In this document: positions 61,393 to 64,000 of the stretch, piece by piece
Position numbering within the stretch: position 1 is the first letter of the stretch
How the letters are laid out: each line of letters opens with the position of its first letter
Made by a program: the position numbers and the translations under genes
Source of the DNA: an uncultured Spirochaetota bacterium
GTDB taxonomy: Bacteria > Spirochaetota > Spirochaetia > SZUA-6 > CAVTHK01
Assembly (NCBI GenBank): GCA_963734495.1
Contig: CAVTHK010000016.1
Span: forward strand, 32,001-96,000
DNA: 64,000 nucleotides
Direction: 5' to 3'
Notes under the pieces: model-generated
Told to the model about the DNA's origin: nothing
The model's input: the letters and a program-made list of their open reading frames with translations, nothing else
Databases searched by the model: none

Positions 61393-62406
61393 CTACCGGC
61401 GCCCCTGGAGGGCTCCGGCGCAGCGCAGCGCGTCGTAGTACAGCGGGTCGCCCCGCAGCGCATCCACCTCCTGAAGCAGGAGGGGCCCGGCATCGAGCGG
61501 CCGCGCCGGGGATTCGCGGACGGCGCCGTCGATACCGCGCGTCCTGAGCAGGCCGCCGCCGAGCTCGATCTCGATGCTCTCGCCCCCGTCCATGATCAGG
61601 GCCAGCCGGCTTGCGCCGCCCCCGGGGGTGTGGCTGAAGCGCACGTCGATTCCGCGGGCGTCTTCGAAGTGCGCCTCGCTGCGAAACACGGCCACCGGCC
61701 GCCAGCCGAGGCGCGCGGCAAGCCAGCTGGAGAGCAGCACGGCCTCGGCCAGAGTCCCGCCGGTGACGTCCACCGCCGTGAGCGCGGACCACTGCCCGGC
61801 CGCCCGGCCGGCGTCGAAAGCCCGCGCGATCGAGCGCCGCAGGGGCAGCATGCGCAGCCAGGCGAAATCCGCCAGCGAAGGGCGCGGCTCCGCGGCTCCG
61901 GCGCGTTGCGCGAGCCCGGCGAGCCAGCCGAGCAGGTCCCACGGCGATCCCTGCTCGAGCTCCGCGGAGTCGAACACCAGCTTGTCCGCGGAGTCCGCGA
62001 GCGCGGCGATCTGGGCGGCGGGAGGCCTCGAGAGATCGGCGATGAGGCCGAACACGGGGATGTCGCGGATCAGGAGCGCGCTCCAGGAGCCGGGATCGAG
62101 CCCCCGGTCGTCGGAGCCGTTGAGGATGTGCACCTCCTGGAAGCAGACGCCCTGGTTGCGCCGGTCGGGGTAGCAGCGCGCGGAGACGCTGACCTCGGTC
62201 GGCCCGTCGTAGCCGCTCTGGACGTGGACGATCCGCGCCGGCCGCTTGCCGAGGAGGTAGTCCAGGGCAGCCGCGACGCGGGAGGGCTTCTTGAGGTGAT
62301 CGAAGTAGACGATGTTGAAGAGGCTCGCCCTCGCGATGCCGTCCGAAGACCGGTCTATGCTCGCCGTGATCTCGGCCTCGATCGCGGCCGGGTCGAGAAG
62401 CCTCAT
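61393..62406 (-). CDS. opcA: OpcA-family glucose-6-phosphate dehydrogenase assembly/effector protein
   Basis: Overlaps the zwf stop; LIRDIPV, KLVFDS, DFAWLR, WLAARLGW. Confidence 0.8.
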   Translation of the reverse strand: MRLLDPAAIEAEITASIDRSSDGIARASLFNIVYFDHLKKPSRVAAALDYLLGKRPARIVHVQSGYDGPTEVSVSARCYPDRRNQGVCFQEVHILNGSDDRGLDPGSWSALLIRDIPVFGLIADLSRPPAAQIAALADSADKLVFDSAELEQGSPWDLLGWLAGLAQRAGAAEPRPSLADFAWLRMLPLRRSIARAFDAGRAAGQWSALTAVDVTGGTLAEAVLLSSWLAARLGWRPVAVFRSEAHFEDARGIDVRFSHTPGGGASRLALIMDGGESIEIELGGGLLRTRGIDGAVRESPARPLDAGPLLLQEVDALRGDPLYYDALRCAGALQGRR

Positions 62407-63863
62407 AGTTTCCTCCATCGCGAGCGCAGACCGTCGGTCAGCCGCATGGCCTCGTCCGGCCCCTGTCCTCCGGCGCGGTACGGGACCAGCCGATGGCCCG
62501 TCTCCTTCCACAGGTCGAGGACCCCGCTCACGAGCCTCCACGAGCTCTCGACCTGGTCGGCGCGGATGAAGAGCGTGCTGTCGCCGATCATGCAGTCGAG
62601 GAGCAGGCGCTCGTACGCCTCGGGCGGCTCCTCGCCGAACGACCCGCCGTAGGAGAACCGCAGGTTGACCGGGTTCATGTCGGTCGTAAAGCCGGGCACT
62701 TTGGAATTGAGGTTGAAGGTGACCCCTTCGTCGGGCTGGACGTGGACGATCAGGCTGTTGGGACGCGGCGCCGTCTGTTCGGCGAACAGGTGCTGCGGCG
62801 GGTCCTTGAAGAACACCGCGATCTCGGAGACTTTGCGCGCGAGGCGCTTGCCGGTGCGCAGCAGGAAGGGGACTCCCGACCAGCGCCAGGAATCGAGCCA
62901 GAGGCGCAGCGCCACGAACGTTTCCGTGGACGAGTGCGGGTCCACGTTCGGCTCGTCGCTGTAGGCGGGAATCTCTTCGCCCGCGAGCACGCCCGCCGCA
63001 TACTGGCCGCGGACCGTGTCGCGCCCGATGGTCTCCGAGGTGGCCGGCTTGATGGTGCGGAGCACCTTCTGTTTCTCGTCCCGGATCGTGGTGGCGTCGA
63101 GGTCGATCGGCGGCTCCATGGCCACGAGGCACAGGAGCTGAAGGAGGTGGTTCTGCACCATGTCCCGCAGAGCGCCGGAGTTGTCGTAGTAACCGCCGCG
63201 GCCCTCGACGCCCAGCTCCTCCGCCACCGTGATCTGCACGTGCTCCACGTAGCGGTTGTTCCAGATGGGCTCGAGGATGCTGTTGCCGAAGCGCAGCACC
63301 ATCAGGTTCTGTACCGTCTCCTTGCCCAGGTAGTGGTCTATCCGGAAGATCTGGTCCTCACGGAAGACGCGGTTGAGCGCGCGGTTCAGCTCGAGGGCGC
63401 TCGCGAGGTCGTGGCCGATCGGCTTCTCGACGATCACCCGGCGGTAGAAGCCGTCTTCGCTCGCGAGCCCCGCGGCGCCGATGCTTTCGATGATCGTGCC
63501 GTAAGCGTCGGGCGGGGTCGAGAGATAGAAGATCGTGTTCCGCGGCTCGAGCTCCCGCAGGCCCTTGTATGCCGCGACGTTCTCGAAAGACGCCTGCACG
63601 TACTCGAGGCGGGAGAGAAAGCCGGCGGCCGCGCCCGAGCTTCCGATCGCGTCGGCCATGCGGTCGCGGAACTCCTGCGTCGTCCAGGGGCGGCGGGCCA
63701 GCCCGACGACGCGGAACGAGGAGATGTGCTGCTTGGTGTACAGAGAGTAGAGCGCCGGGATCAGCTTGCGCTTGGTCAGGTCGCCGGTGGCGCCGAAGAT
63801 CACGATCGTGAGGGGATCGGGCTCGCGGCTGATTCCGAGCCCCTGCAGCAACGGATTATACAT
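62403..63863 (-). CDS. zwf: glucose-6-phosphate 1-dehydrogenase
   Basis: GATGDL, EKP, RIDHYLGKE, RDMVQNHL. Confidence 0.98.
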   Translation of the reverse strand: MYNPLLQGLGISREPDPLTIVIFGATGDLTKRKLIPALYSLYTKQHISSFRVVGLARRPWTTQEFRDRMADAIGSSGAAAGFLSRLEYVQASFENVAAYKGLRELEPRNTIFYLSTPPDAYGTIIESIGAAGLASEDGFYRRVIVEKPIGHDLASALELNRALNRVFREDQIFRIDHYLGKETVQNLMVLRFGNSILEPIWNNRYVEHVQITVAEELGVEGRGGYYDNSGALRDMVQNHLLQLLCLVAMEPPIDLDATTIRDEKQKVLRTIKPATSETIGRDTVRGQYAAGVLAGEEIPAYSDEPNVDPHSSTETFVALRLWLDSWRWSGVPFLLRTGKRLARKVSEIAVFFKDPPQHLFAEQTAPRPNSLIVHVQPDEGVTFNLNSKVPGFTTDMNPVNLRFSYGGSFGEEPPEAYERLLLDCMIGDSTLFIRADQVESSWRLVSGVLDLWKETGHRLVPYRAGGQGPDEAMRLTDGLRSRWRKL

Positions 63864-63970
63864 TTACTCAATTTGGCGGTCGCGCGCGCCAAGGGTCAAG
63901 CACGTTCCGGGAAATCCCGCCGGCCGCAGCCTTGACATCCGCACGGCGTCCGCGGCACACAGGAGCGCGC

Positions 63971-64000
63971 ATGACACGCTCTCAGCTCCGGCAGCGGCTC
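63971..64000 (+). CDS. start of a gene truncated by the window end
   Basis: SD aggag, ATG (MTRSQLRQRL...), TTGACA at 63932. Confidence 0.4.
   Translation, partial: MTRSQLRQRL

Overview
High-GC bacterial chromosomal core region, most likely a free-living Spirochaetota genome. That assignment is inferred from protein-family resemblance and gene order (secY directly followed by rpmJ; murC-yicC-cmk-like-rpoZ-miaA; a large spirochaete-type coiled-coil protein). Bases 1-15.4 kb hold the end of fusA, tuf and the complete S10-spc-alpha ribosomal protein cluster. The rest is housekeeping: rny-ymdB-tlyA, ptsI-der, grpE-dnaK-dnaJ, murC, miaA, DAHP synthase, hisD, alaS, hisB, rnhA, htrA, uvrB, cysE, opcA-zwf. 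I saw no tRNA, rRNA, CRISPR array, transposase or prophage. Six genes carry +1 frameshifts, probably consensus errors. The most notable observations are: (1) an RNase Y whose HD domain has lost four conserved His/Asp residues; (2) a dispersed family of GC-rich hairpins with a conserved CG-RGTA-CG loop and covarying stems, including a six-hairpin array that exactly fills the gap between the divergent hisD and alaS promoters; (3) a 29-aa bS22-like ribosomal protein missing from the ORF track; (4) a non-lipidated FlgH-like protein; (5) a Cmk-like kinase in the usual gmk position; (6) a miaA frame with no canonical start codon; (7) several apparently leaderless genes. All calls are by eye and none was database-verified.
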